In this document: positions 55,932-64,000 of the stretch, in pieces
Position numbering within the stretch: position 1 is the stretch's first letter
Layout: the number at the start of each line of letters is the position of its first letter
From: a bacterium CG_4_9_14_3_um_filter_65_15
Lineage (GTDB): Bacteria; Krumholzibacteriota; Krumholzibacteriia; LZORAL124-64-63
NCBI GenBank assembly: GCA_002790835.1
Contig: PFVX01000022.1
Location: forward strand, 4,308 to 68,307
Direction of reading: 5' to 3'
Length of the DNA: 64,000 nucleotides
Notes under the pieces: generated by a model
Seen by the model: the letters and a program-made list of their open reading frames with translations, nothing else
Told to the model about the DNA's origin: nothing
Database searches by the model: none
Position numbers and translations under genes: made by a program

Positions 55932-57579
55932 TGGCGGCGCTCCCGCTTTCGGCACGACCGGCAGCTATCTCGACACGTTTCCCGGATCGCAGGGGGCGTG
56001 GGGCTGGCTGACGACGGTCGATCACAAGAAGATCGGCCTGATGTACGCCTCGGCCATGTTCACCTTTTTCCTCGTGGGCATGGCCCTGGGGCTGTTGATC
56101 AGGTTGGAGCTGCTCAACCCCGGCACCCAGTTCATCGGGCCGCGCGCCTACAACTCGGTCTTCACCCTGCACGGGGTGATCATGATCTTCCTGTTCATCG
56201 TGCCGGGGATTCCCGCCATTCTGGGCAACTTCATCCTGCCCCTGCAGCTGGGCGCCGACGATGTGGCCTTTCCGCGGCTCAACCTGCTGAGCTGGTACGT
56301 TTACATGGTGGGGGCGGTGATGGCCATCGTCTCGCTGTTCACCAACGGAGGGACGCCCGACACCGGCTGGACCTTCTACGCCCCGTACGCGGTGACCACC
56401 GACACCAACGTCTCCATGGCGGTGATGGCGGCCTTCGTCCTGGGGTTCAGTTCGATCCTCACGGGGATGAACTTCATCACCACCATCCACCGGCTGCGGG
56501 CTCCGGGCATGGGCTTCTTCCGCATGCCGCTGTTCTGCTGGGGGCTGTACGCCACGGCTTGGATCCAGATCATCGCCACCCCCGTGGTGGGCATCACCCT
56601 GGTGCTGCTGTTCCTGGAACGGGTCCTGGGCATCGGATTCTTCGATCCCTCGCGCGGAGGCGATCCCATCCTGTACCAGCACCTGTTCTGGATCTATTCG
56701 CATCCGGTTGTCTACGTGATGATCCTTCCCGCCATGGGCATCATCTCGGAGATTCTGCCCGCCTTCTCCCGACGGACGATCTTCGGCTACAAGGCCATTG
56801 CGATCAGCTCCATGGCCATCGCCGGAGTGGGTTACCTGGTGTGGGGCCACCACATGCTGACCGCGGGCATGAGCGACACCGCCCGCTGGGTGTTCAGCCT
56901 GCTGACGTTCTTCGTGGCGATACCGACGGGGGTGAAGATCTTCAACTGGCTGGCCACCCTCTACAGGGGGTCCATCGAAGTCCGGGTACCCCTGCTGTGG
57001 GCCATGGGCTGGATCTTCCTGTTCTCCATCGGCGGGTTGACCGGGTTGGCCCAGGGCGCCCTGGCCACCGACATCCACCTGCACGACACGGCCTACATCG
57101 TGGGGCACTTCCACTACACCATGTTCGGCGGGGCGGCCGTCGGCCTGTTCGCCGGCATGCACTTCTGGTTCCCCAAAATCTACGGGCGCATGTATAACGA
57201 GAAGCGCGCCACCTGGGCCTTCGGTCTGTTCATGGTCGGCTTCAACATGACCTACTTCTCGCTGCTGGTGATCGGCCTGATGGGCATGCCCCGGCGTTAC
57301 CAGGATTACCTGCCCCAGTACCATACCGGCCACGCCATCTCCACGGTGGGTTCGTGGGTCATGGTCTCGGGAATCCTGCTCATGTTCTTCAACCTCTGGC
57401 GCGGTTACCGCAACGGCAAGATCGCCGGGGACAATCCCTGGGGCGCGACGACCCTGGAGTGGAAGACAACCTCGCCGCCGCCCTTGCTGAATTTCGCCAC
57501 GCCGCCCACGGTGACCACCGGGCCCTACGACTTCACCGAGATCCTGGAAAAGGGTCATGACCCGGAGGCTCGTTCATGA
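55918..57579 (+). CDS. ctaD: Heme-copper oxidase subunit I (A2 type)
   Basis: DHKKIG, GWTFYAP, GGDPILYQHLFWIYSHPVVY, WGHH, HDT...HFH and GMPRR. Confidence 0.97.
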   Translation: MAGPDGGAPAFGTTGSYLDTFPGSQGAWGWLTTVDHKKIGLMYASAMFTFFLVGMALGLLIRLELLNPGTQFIGPRAYNSVFTLHGVIMIFLFIVPGIPAILGNFILPLQLGADDVAFPRLNLLSWYVYMVGAVMAIVSLFTNGGTPDTGWTFYAPYAVTTDTNVSMAVMAAFVLGFSSILTGMNFITTIHRLRAPGMGFFRMPLFCWGLYATAWIQIIATPVVGITLVLLFLERVLGIGFFDPSRGGDPILYQHLFWIYSHPVVYVMILPAMGIISEILPAFSRRTIFGYKAIAISSMAIAGVGYLVWGHHMLTAGMSDTARWVFSLLTFFVAIPTGVKIFNWLATLYRGSIEVRVPLLWAMGWIFLFSIGGLTGLAQGALATDIHLHDTAYIVGHFHYTMFGGAAVGLFAGMHFWFPKIYGRMYNEKRATWAFGLFMVGFNMTYFSLLVIGLMGMPRRYQDYLPQYHTGHAISTVGSWVMVSGILLMFFNLWRGYRNGKIAGDNPWGATTLEWKTTSPPPLLNFATPPTVTTGPYDFTEILEKGHDPEARS

Positions 57580-58208
57580 GCGCGGAGAACACCATGGACC
57601 AGGTCCACCAACTGGAGCACCACTACGACCCCGAGGGGTCGAAGACCGGGATGTGGCTGTTCCTGTTCACGGAGCTGCTCCTGTTCGGCGGGTTGTTTCT
57701 CATCTACGCGGTGTACCGCTCCATGGACGCTGAGGCGTTCCATCACGCCGCCGGGGAACTGAACAAGGCCCTGGGCTCAATCAACACCGTGGTGTTGCTG
57801 ACCAGCAGCCTGACCATGGTCCTGTCGATCAACGCCCTGCGGCGCGGGACCATCGGACGTTGCCTGGCCCTGCTGGGCTCGACCTTGGCCCTGTCCTGCG
57901 TCTTTTTGGTCATCAAGTTTTTCGAGTGGAGGGCCAAGTACCACCATGAGATCTTCCCCGGCATGGAGCACCTGCATTCCCTGCCCAACGGGGAGGCGGT
58001 CTTCTTCAATCTCTACTTCATGATGACCGGCCTTCACGGAATCCACGTGGTGATCGGAATGATCGTGATGTTGGTGATGGCCGCGAAGATCCGTGCCGGG
58101 AAGATCACTTCCGCACGACCCGACGCCCTCGAGTACACGGGTCTGTACTGGCACTTGGTCGACCTGATCTGGGTCTTCCTGCTGCCTTTGTTCTACCTGA
58201 CGAACTAG
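57576..58208 (+). CDS. ctaE: Cytochrome c oxidase subunit III
   Basis: GMWLFLFTE, NTVVLLTSS, TGLHGIHV and YWHLVD. Confidence 0.95.
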   Translation: MSAENTMDQVHQLEHHYDPEGSKTGMWLFLFTELLLFGGLFLIYAVYRSMDAEAFHHAAGELNKALGSINTVVLLTSSLTMVLSINALRRGTIGRCLALLGSTLALSCVFLVIKFFEWRAKYHHEIFPGMEHLHSLPNGEAVFFNLYFMMTGLHGIHVVIGMIVMLVMAAKIRAGKITSARPDALEYTGLYWHLVDLIWVFLLPLFYLTN

Positions 58209-58231
58209 AGCCGGTTGAAAGGGATTCGCGC

Positions 58232-58543
58232 ATGAATCAGACAACTACCCTGGGCGGCAAGGCGGTGGTGAAAGCCCACCTTCTTCCCGACGGACTTTTC
58301 GTGCTGGTCTGGGTCGGCCTGCTTCTGCTGACCGCGGCCACCGTCTCGGCCTCCGTGTTCTTTCCGGGCAAGATCGGCATTGGCGTGGCCCTTCTGGTCA
58401 CGCCGGTGAAAGCGGCGCTGATTCTCTTGTACTTCATGCATTTGAAGTACGAGAAAGTCGGTTTCCAGGTGATGTTCCTGGCCGCCGTGGGCATCCTGGC
58501 CACCTTCATGGGCCTCACGTTTTTCGATTACCTCCAGCGATAA
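58232..58543 (+). CDS. Cytochrome c oxidase subunit IV
   Basis: Three TMs; KAALILLYFMHLKYE. Confidence 0.9.
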   Translation: MNQTTTLGGKAVVKAHLLPDGLFVLVWVGLLLLTAATVSASVFFPGKIGIGVALLVTPVKAALILLYFMHLKYEKVGFQVMFLAAVGILATFMGLTFFDYLQR

Positions 58544-58552
58544 GGGCGGGGC

Positions 58553-59449
58553 ATGAACGGCGCTTCGAGTTACGCGGGCCTGGTGGATCGGGCCTTCATC
58601 TTCATCCTGGGCACCTCGGTCCTGCTCCTGGTGGGGGTCACGGCGGTGATGATCGGGTTCATCATCCGCTACCGCCGCAGCAAGAATCCCAACCCGGCCC
58701 AGATCGAGGGCAGCGCGACCCTGGAGACCATCTGGACCGTCCTGCCCACCATCCTGGTGCTGGTGATGTTCTACTACGGTTGGGCGGGCTTCAAGGTCAT
58801 GCGGGACATTCCGGACGGCGCCGAGCAGGTGACGGTCAAGGCCAAGAAGTGGTCGTGGCTGTTCGAGTACGAGAACGGCAAGGAATCGACGGAGCTGATG
58901 GTGCCGGTGGGCAGACCGGTGGCCCTGAACCTGACATCCTCGGACGTGATCCACAGTTTTTTCGTGCCGGCCTTCCGGCTGAAGGAGGATTGCGTGCCCG
59001 GCCGCACCAACCACGCCTGGTTCGAGGCCATCCGGCCGGGTCGGTTCGATTTGTTGTGCGCCGAGTACTGCGGCGACCAGCACAGCGCCATGCTGTCCAA
59101 GGTGGTGGCGGTTCCGGCCGACTCCTTCGACGCCTGGTTGGGGCTGGATTCCGGCCCGCCCACCGGCCGCCAGTTGCTGGATCTGCGGGGTTGCGCGGCC
59201 TGCCATACCATCGACGGCAAGAAGCTGGTGGGCCCGTCGTTCAAGGGAGTCTTCGGGGAGAAGGTTACCGTGATGACCGACGGGGTGGAAAGGACCATCG
59301 AGGTGGATGAGGACTATCTGCGTCGCTCGATCCTGAACCCCAAGGCCGATCTGGTGGGGGGATACGAGGACAAGATGCCTGAACAGCGCGACCTCGTCAC
59401 CGACGAGGAAGTGGAGGCCATCATCAAGTTCATCAAGGGGCTCCGCTGA
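58553..59449 (+). CDS. ctaC: Cytochrome c oxidase subunit II with fused cytochrome c
   Basis: LETIWT, DVIHSF, CuA motif CAEYCGDQHSAM and heme motif CAACH. Confidence 0.96.
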   Translation: MNGASSYAGLVDRAFIFILGTSVLLLVGVTAVMIGFIIRYRRSKNPNPAQIEGSATLETIWTVLPTILVLVMFYYGWAGFKVMRDIPDGAEQVTVKAKKWSWLFEYENGKESTELMVPVGRPVALNLTSSDVIHSFFVPAFRLKEDCVPGRTNHAWFEAIRPGRFDLLCAEYCGDQHSAMLSKVVAVPADSFDAWLGLDSGPPTGRQLLDLRGCAACHTIDGKKLVGPSFKGVFGEKVTVMTDGVERTIEVDEDYLRRSILNPKADLVGGYEDKMPEQRDLVTDEEVEAIIKFIKGLR

Positions 59450-59451
59450 CG

Positions 59452-60315
59452 GTGAAACCCTGGCTGGAACTGCTGAAGCTGCGGATCACGGTGGCCTCGA
59501 CGGTCACCACGATGGTGGGTTACGTCATGGCCCGCGGCCGTTTCGACGGGGGCCTGGCGTTCGTGGCGGGTGGGATCTTCCTGCAGGCCTGCGGGGCCGC
59601 GGCGTTGAATCAGATCCAGGATTCGGCGGTGGATGCACGGATGCCCCGAACGGTTGGTCGCCCCTTGCCCTCCGGACGCATCAGTCGCCGGGCCGCCTTG
59701 ATCTACGTGGCCGCCCTGCTGGCCATCGGCACCGGCCTGTCCTGGCTGGTGTCGCCCCTGGCCGCCCTGCTGGGTCTGGCCGCGGCCGTGGTCTACAACG
59801 GAATCTACACACCCCTGAAACGCGTGACCCCCTTCGCCGCCCTGCCCGGCGCCCTCATCGGCGCCCTGCCTCCGGTGGCGGGATGGGTCGCGGCGGGGGG
59901 ATATCTCAGCGACCCGGTCATCCAGGTCGTGGCCTTCTTCTTCTTCCTCTGGCAGATTCCCCACTTCTGGCTGCTGCTGCTGTTCTATGAGCGCGATTAC
60001 CTTGCCGGGGGCATGCCTTCCCTGTTCGACCGCTTCGACCGCCGCCAGGTGACCCGCTTGACCTTCCTGTGGATCGCCGCCGTGGCCGTTGCCGCCCTGC
60101 TCATGCCCCTTTTTCGGGTGTTCGATCATCCCTGGCTGGGGTTTGTCCTGGCGGGTGCGGGCCTGACCGTGGTGTTGAGGGCGTTGGCGTTGTTGCGGGA
60201 TCCCCTTAGGGGATGGGCATCCGGTTTCGGCCGCACCTGCCGGCTCAGATTCATGGAGATCAACATCTTCGCCCTGCTGGTGGCCATTCTGATGGTGGTC
60301 GACGGGATCTCCTGA
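59452..60315 (+). CDS. ctaB: Protoheme IX farnesyltransferase (heme O synthase)
   Basis: LNQ, DARMPRTVGRPLPSG, YTPLKR and WQIPHFW. Confidence 0.93.
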   Translation: MKPWLELLKLRITVASTVTTMVGYVMARGRFDGGLAFVAGGIFLQACGAAALNQIQDSAVDARMPRTVGRPLPSGRISRRAALIYVAALLAIGTGLSWLVSPLAALLGLAAAVVYNGIYTPLKRVTPFAALPGALIGALPPVAGWVAAGGYLSDPVIQVVAFFFFLWQIPHFWLLLLFYERDYLAGGMPSLFDRFDRRQVTRLTFLWIAAVAVAALLMPLFRVFDHPWLGFVLAGAGLTVVLRALALLRDPLRGWASGFGRTCRLRFMEINIFALLVAILMVVDGIS

Positions 60316-60623
60316 GCGCCAAACCTCATCCCCGATTTCGGCTGATAATTCATTGACATTTTGGGATATTTTTGGGATCATGACTTTCTCGCCCAGTCTC
60401 GGATTAGGGATACCGGGATTTTTTTCAAGATTATAGTTGAATAATTGTGGTCTCGACCGCAGGCATGGATGCCTCATGCCTGGATTTTGCGTGAATCCAG
60501 CGTGGTAGAGCAAACTTCGGCCAAGGGGGTGATCTGTCCTGGCATCGGGCCGTGATCGGCCCGTGTCCTGATTTTTCGAATTCGTCAGCTATTTACCATT
60601 TTTCCGGAACGGGAGGGAATCAC

Positions 60624-63600
60624 ATGCGTGAATTCCAAAAGAAGCACCTGCTGGCAATCGCCCTGCTGGCTTCGATGTTGGCGGTCACTGCCCAGGCGGC
60701 GACCATCAACGTGCCCGTCGACCATTCCACCATCGAGGCCGCCATCGCAGCGGCAGCACCGGGGGACATTATCGAGGTCGCGGACGGGCCGGCCTATAAT
60801 CCGGTCGGCACCCTGACCATCAACAAGGCCCTGACCATCCACGGGCAGAGCATGGGGGGCGTAGTCATCAACATTCCCGCAGCCGGAGGCTACGGCATCT
60901 CCGTGGGAGCGTCCAATGTGACCCTGAGCAACTTCACTCTCGTGGCCATCGCCGCCAACGAGAACTATCCCATCCACGCCAGCGGGACGAGCAATCCGCC
61001 CAACGGCTGGGATTATCTGACCATCCAGGACGTCACAGTCCAGGGAGCCCATCGCCGGGCCGGAATCGACGTCCACGGCTACAACCATGTCCTGCTTTCC
61101 GGGTTGTATTCCAGTGATGCCTGGGGCGGCAACGGCTTGCAGATCACCGGTTGCGTGGACGTTTCCGCGGACTACATCACAACGACCAACAACGCCTGGG
61201 GGAGCATCGCGATCTACAGCTCCCAGTATCTCAACCGCGGCAGCTCCGGTGTGACCATCGACGGGACCACCTGCAGCCTGGGCGAGCAAAACCTCTTCAA
61301 CCAGGACGAGTTCGGCTATTTCAACACTGGGATCACCGTGACGGGTTACGACTACCTGGTCCGCAACGCCGCGGTGGTGGGATACGACTGGTACCAGGAC
61401 ACCCTGGCCGACGCGAAGGCCTTCGCCTTGGCCGCCGAGGGCGGGGCGCCCGGCAACTATATCGAGACCATCGTCGGAGGGACCTTCACCGTCCCCGCGG
61501 GCTTGACCATCCAGGCCGCGGTCGATGCGGCCGCGCCCGGTGACTTCGTCAGCGTGGAAACCGGCCTTTTTCCCGAGCAAGTGCACATCACCAAGAACCT
61601 GACGGTGCAGGGCGCCGGGACGGACTTGACCGTGATCCAGGCACCCGCTTCCTGCCCGCTGTTCTTCATGACCGGTACCAACCAGAACCACCCGATCGTC
61701 TTCGTCGATGGTGCGACCACCGTCGACATGTCCCTGATGACCATCGACGGCGACGGACAGGGCAACGCCAACTACCGGTTCCAGGGCGTGGGCTTCTGGA
61801 ACAGCGGCGGTTCGCTGACGGACATGAAGGTACTCAACATCATGGACACCCCGTTCAGCGGCGCCCAGCACGGCGTGGGCGTCTACGCCTACAACGACAC
61901 CTCCGGGCCCTACACCATCGCCATGACCAACGTGCTGGTGGACGACTTCCAGAAGACCGCCGTGGCCCTCAGCGGTGACGGTCTGACGGTGGCCCTGGAC
62001 AACGTGACGACACCTGGCGGCGGCCCGACCTCGGTGACCGCCCAGAACGGGATCCAGGTCGGCTACGGGGCGACCGGCACGGTGGCCAACTGCACCATCA
62101 GCGGCATGGATTATACGGGCGACAGTTGGACCGCCTCGGGCATGATATTGTCTAATAGCACGGGGTTCGGCGTGGACAACGTCACCCTGACCGGGTGCCA
62201 GACGAGCGCCTACATCATCGATGCCAGCGGCAACTTCGACAACTGCACGGTGACCGCCCCGACGGGCGACGCCATGTATGTCTACAGCACCGGCGCCAAG
62301 TCCGGCGTGACTCCGCGCCGCCTGGCCCAACCCTTCGACCCCAGGGCGGGCAAATCCGCCGACAAGGCCGCCGCCAGCGTGAGCATCGACGGCGGGACGT
62401 TCATCGGGACCGGCGCTGCCGACAGCTGGGGCCCGACGGCCTACGGCTACGGACCGGCGACCTTCACCCTGACCAACAGCGAGGTGACCAACTGGGATTG
62501 GGGTGTGGTGAACTACGATTTCGGCGGAGCCACCTTCAACACCAACATCCACGGTTGCAACATCCACGGCAACACCAGCTACGGCTTCTTCACCAACGCC
62601 ACCGTGGCGGCCGACGCCACCTGCAACTGGTGGGGGGATCTCAGCGGGCCCGACTACGCGCCCTTCAACCCCAACCCGGCCGGTGACGCGGTGACGGACT
62701 TCACGTCCTTCGCGCCCTGGCTGGACTCCGTGGGCGGAACCTGCAACCAGTACGGCGACAACAACATCGCCGCCGCTCCGACGGGCGAGATCTCCGCCTG
62801 CAACACCTGCTTGACGGTTCCGGTCGAGTTCACCCGTTTGGACACGTCGCCCCTGCGTGGCGTTTCGGTGACTTTCGAGCTGAGCAGCGAGCTGGAGCTT
62901 TGCAGCGGCACGAGCTCTATCAAGCTGGCCACAGGCACGGGTAGCTTGTACGACGGCTACGGCAACACCCAATTTTTCGTCGTCGACAACGGCGCCGGGT
63001 CCTACACGGCCGACGCCACCCTGCTGGGCACCCCCTGCGGGGTGACTGCGGGCGGCACCGTGTTCACCGTCGATGTGACCAGCGCGTCGGGCATCATCAC
63101 CGATACCACCGGGATGATCACCGTCACCAGCGTTACTGTGCGTGACTGCGTCAACGTTCCGCTGCCCGGTATCCCCGGACCGGCGGCCACGGTCACCATC
63201 AACAACGGTGCGCCCGGTGTTGTGACGGATCTGAGCGCTGCGCAGCTCAAGACCGGGAACGACACCAACGGCACGACCAAGATCAATCTGACCTGGACCG
63301 ATCCCGTCAATCCGGACCTGGCGACAATTGAGATCTATCGCAAGGGCTTCGGGGATTATCCCGAGTACGACGACGGTACCGGCGCGGTGCCGACCGCACC
63401 GGCCACGCCGGCGGCCGCACTCACAGCCGGCTGGTCCTTTGTCGCCAGCGTCGCGGCTGGTGCTCAAGCCTACCCGGACGAGCCTGCGAACCGCGATTTC
63501 TGGTACTACGTGGCGTTCGCGAACGACGGGTGCAACGACAGCGCCGTCTCGAGTATGACCGACGGCACGCTGAACTACCACCTGGGCGACGTGGTCAGCG

Positions 63601-64000
63601 TCCCGATTCCGGCGGATCCGGGAGAAAACGTGGTTGATACTGCGGACATCTCCCGTCTTGGCAGTCACTATGGGATCTCCCTGGCTCTGTACGGGGACGC
63701 GTATAACTACCTGGACGTGGGTCCGACCACCGACTACAGCGTGGACGCGCGGCCGACCACCGACAACAAGGTCCAGTTCGAGGACCTGATGATGTTCGCC
63801 ATCAACTACGGAAACGTTTCCAAGTCCTTTGGTCACCCGGTGGCGGCGGCCGTCAACGCCCTGGCGCTGGAAGTCACAGTCAACGACGGATCAGACGGCA
63901 CTATCGAGGCCACCCTGACCATGTCCGGCGACGGACAGGTGCAGGGCTTGAGCGCGCCCCTGGCGTGGAACGGCAGCGTCGTGCGGCCGGTGGGCATGGT
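60624..64000 (+). CDS. Large secreted parallel beta-helix surface protein, 3'-truncated by the window edge (not in ORF track)
   Basis: GGGAGG RBS; MREFQKKHLLAIALLASMLAVTAQA/ATINVPVDHSTIEAAIAAAAPGD; second cap TIQAAVDAAAPGD; NWWG motif; Fn3-like and dockerin-like segments. Spot-checked in the same frame up to the window end. Confidence 0.9.
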   Translation, partial: MREFQKKHLLAIALLASMLAVTAQAATINVPVDHSTIEAAIAAAAPGDIIEVADGPAYNPVGTLTINKALTIHGQSMGGVVINIPAAGGYGISVGASNVTLSNFTLVAIAANENYPIHASGTSNPPNGWDYLTIQDVTVQGAHRRAGIDVHGYNHVLLSGLYSSDAWGGNGLQITGCVDVSADYITTTNNAWGSIAIYSSQYLNRGSSGVTIDGTTCSLGEQNLFNQDEFGYFNTGITVTGYDYLVRNAAVVGYDWYQDTLADAKAFALAAEGGAPGNYIETIVGGTFTVPAGLTIQAAVDAAAPGDFVSVETGLFPEQVHITKNLTVQGAGTDLTVIQAPASCPLFFMTGTNQNHPIVFVDGATTVDMSLMTIDGDGQGNANYRFQGVGFWNSGGSLTDMKVLNIMDTPFSGAQHGVGVYAYNDTSGPYTIAMTNVLVDDFQKTAVALSGDGLTVALDNVTTPGGGPTSVTAQNGIQVGYGATGTVANCTISGMDYTGDSWTASGMILSNSTGFGVDNVTLTGCQTSAYIIDASGNFDNCTVTAPTGDAMYVYSTGAKSGVTPRRLAQPFDPRAGKSADKAAASVSIDGGTFIGTGAADSWGPTAYGYGPATFTLTNSEVTNWDWGVVNYDFGGATFNTNIHGCNIHGNTSYGFFTNATVAADATCNWWGDLSGPDYAPFNPNPAGDAVTDFTSFAPWLDSVGGTCNQYGDNNIAAAPTGEISACNTCLTVPVEFTRLDTSPLRGVSVTFELSSELELCSGTSSIKLATGTGSLYDGYGNTQFFVVDNGAGSYTADATLLGTPCGVTAGGTVFTVDVTSASGIITDTTGMITVTSVTVRDCVNVPLPGIPGPAATVTINNGAPGVVTDLSAAQLKTGNDTNGTTKINLTWTDPVNPDLATIEIYRKGFGDYPEYDDGTGAVPTAPATPAAALTAGWSFVASVAAGAQAYPDEPANRDFWYYVAFANDGCNDSAVSSMTDGTLNYHLGDVVSVPIPADPGENVVDTADISRLGSHYGISLALYGDAYNYLDVGPTTDYSVDARPTTDNKVQFEDLMMFAINYGNVSKSFGHPVAAAVNALALEVTVNDGSDGTIEATLTMSGDGQVQGLSAPLAWNGSVVRPVGM

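Noticed and set aside
60585-63836. 1083-aa minus-strand ORF
   Set aside because: Antisense shadow of the real plus-strand gene starting at 60624, which has an RBS, signal peptide and domain motifs.

Overview
High-GC bacterial chromosomal window with mostly core and respiratory genes. Secreted proteins with C-terminal FlgD-Ig/'WDGxDxxG..VxSGxYF' tails, a fused CcoN-CcoO and GlnRS suggest an FCB-related candidate phylum such as Krumholzibacteriota/Latescibacterota (inference). Contents from left to right: a sigma-54 activator followed by a sigma-54 promoter and two uncharacterised secreted/outer-membrane genes; a complete cbb3 oxidase cluster (DsbD_2-ccoI-ccoS-ccoNO-ccoQ-ccoP-ccoG-mini ccoH); a carbamoyltransferase remnant; a thioredoxin/TPR protein; a candidate sRNA; a DUF2892-TolC-MFP-RND operon; ispH; an ArsR regulator; a YhaO/YhaN (Mre11/Rad50-like) pair; HDOD; selenocysteine-containing SelD; a decayed multiheme cytochrome; glnS; two Omp85-family proteins; Hsp20; a flippase; an Ala/Gly symporter; a methyltransferase; a HesB-like selenoprotein; a TetR-RND operon; a FlgD-tailed secreted protein; gpmI; an A2-type heme-copper oxidase operon; and the 5' part of a giant beta-helix surface protein. 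Several elements are missed or mis-called by the ORF track: two UGA=Sec recoded genes, two small proteins, the last ORF, and an apparently independent ~115-nt sRNA with a C-rich anti-SD-like loop. No rRNA, tRNA, CRISPR array or transposase was seen. All calls come from motif recognition by eye; no database search was run.
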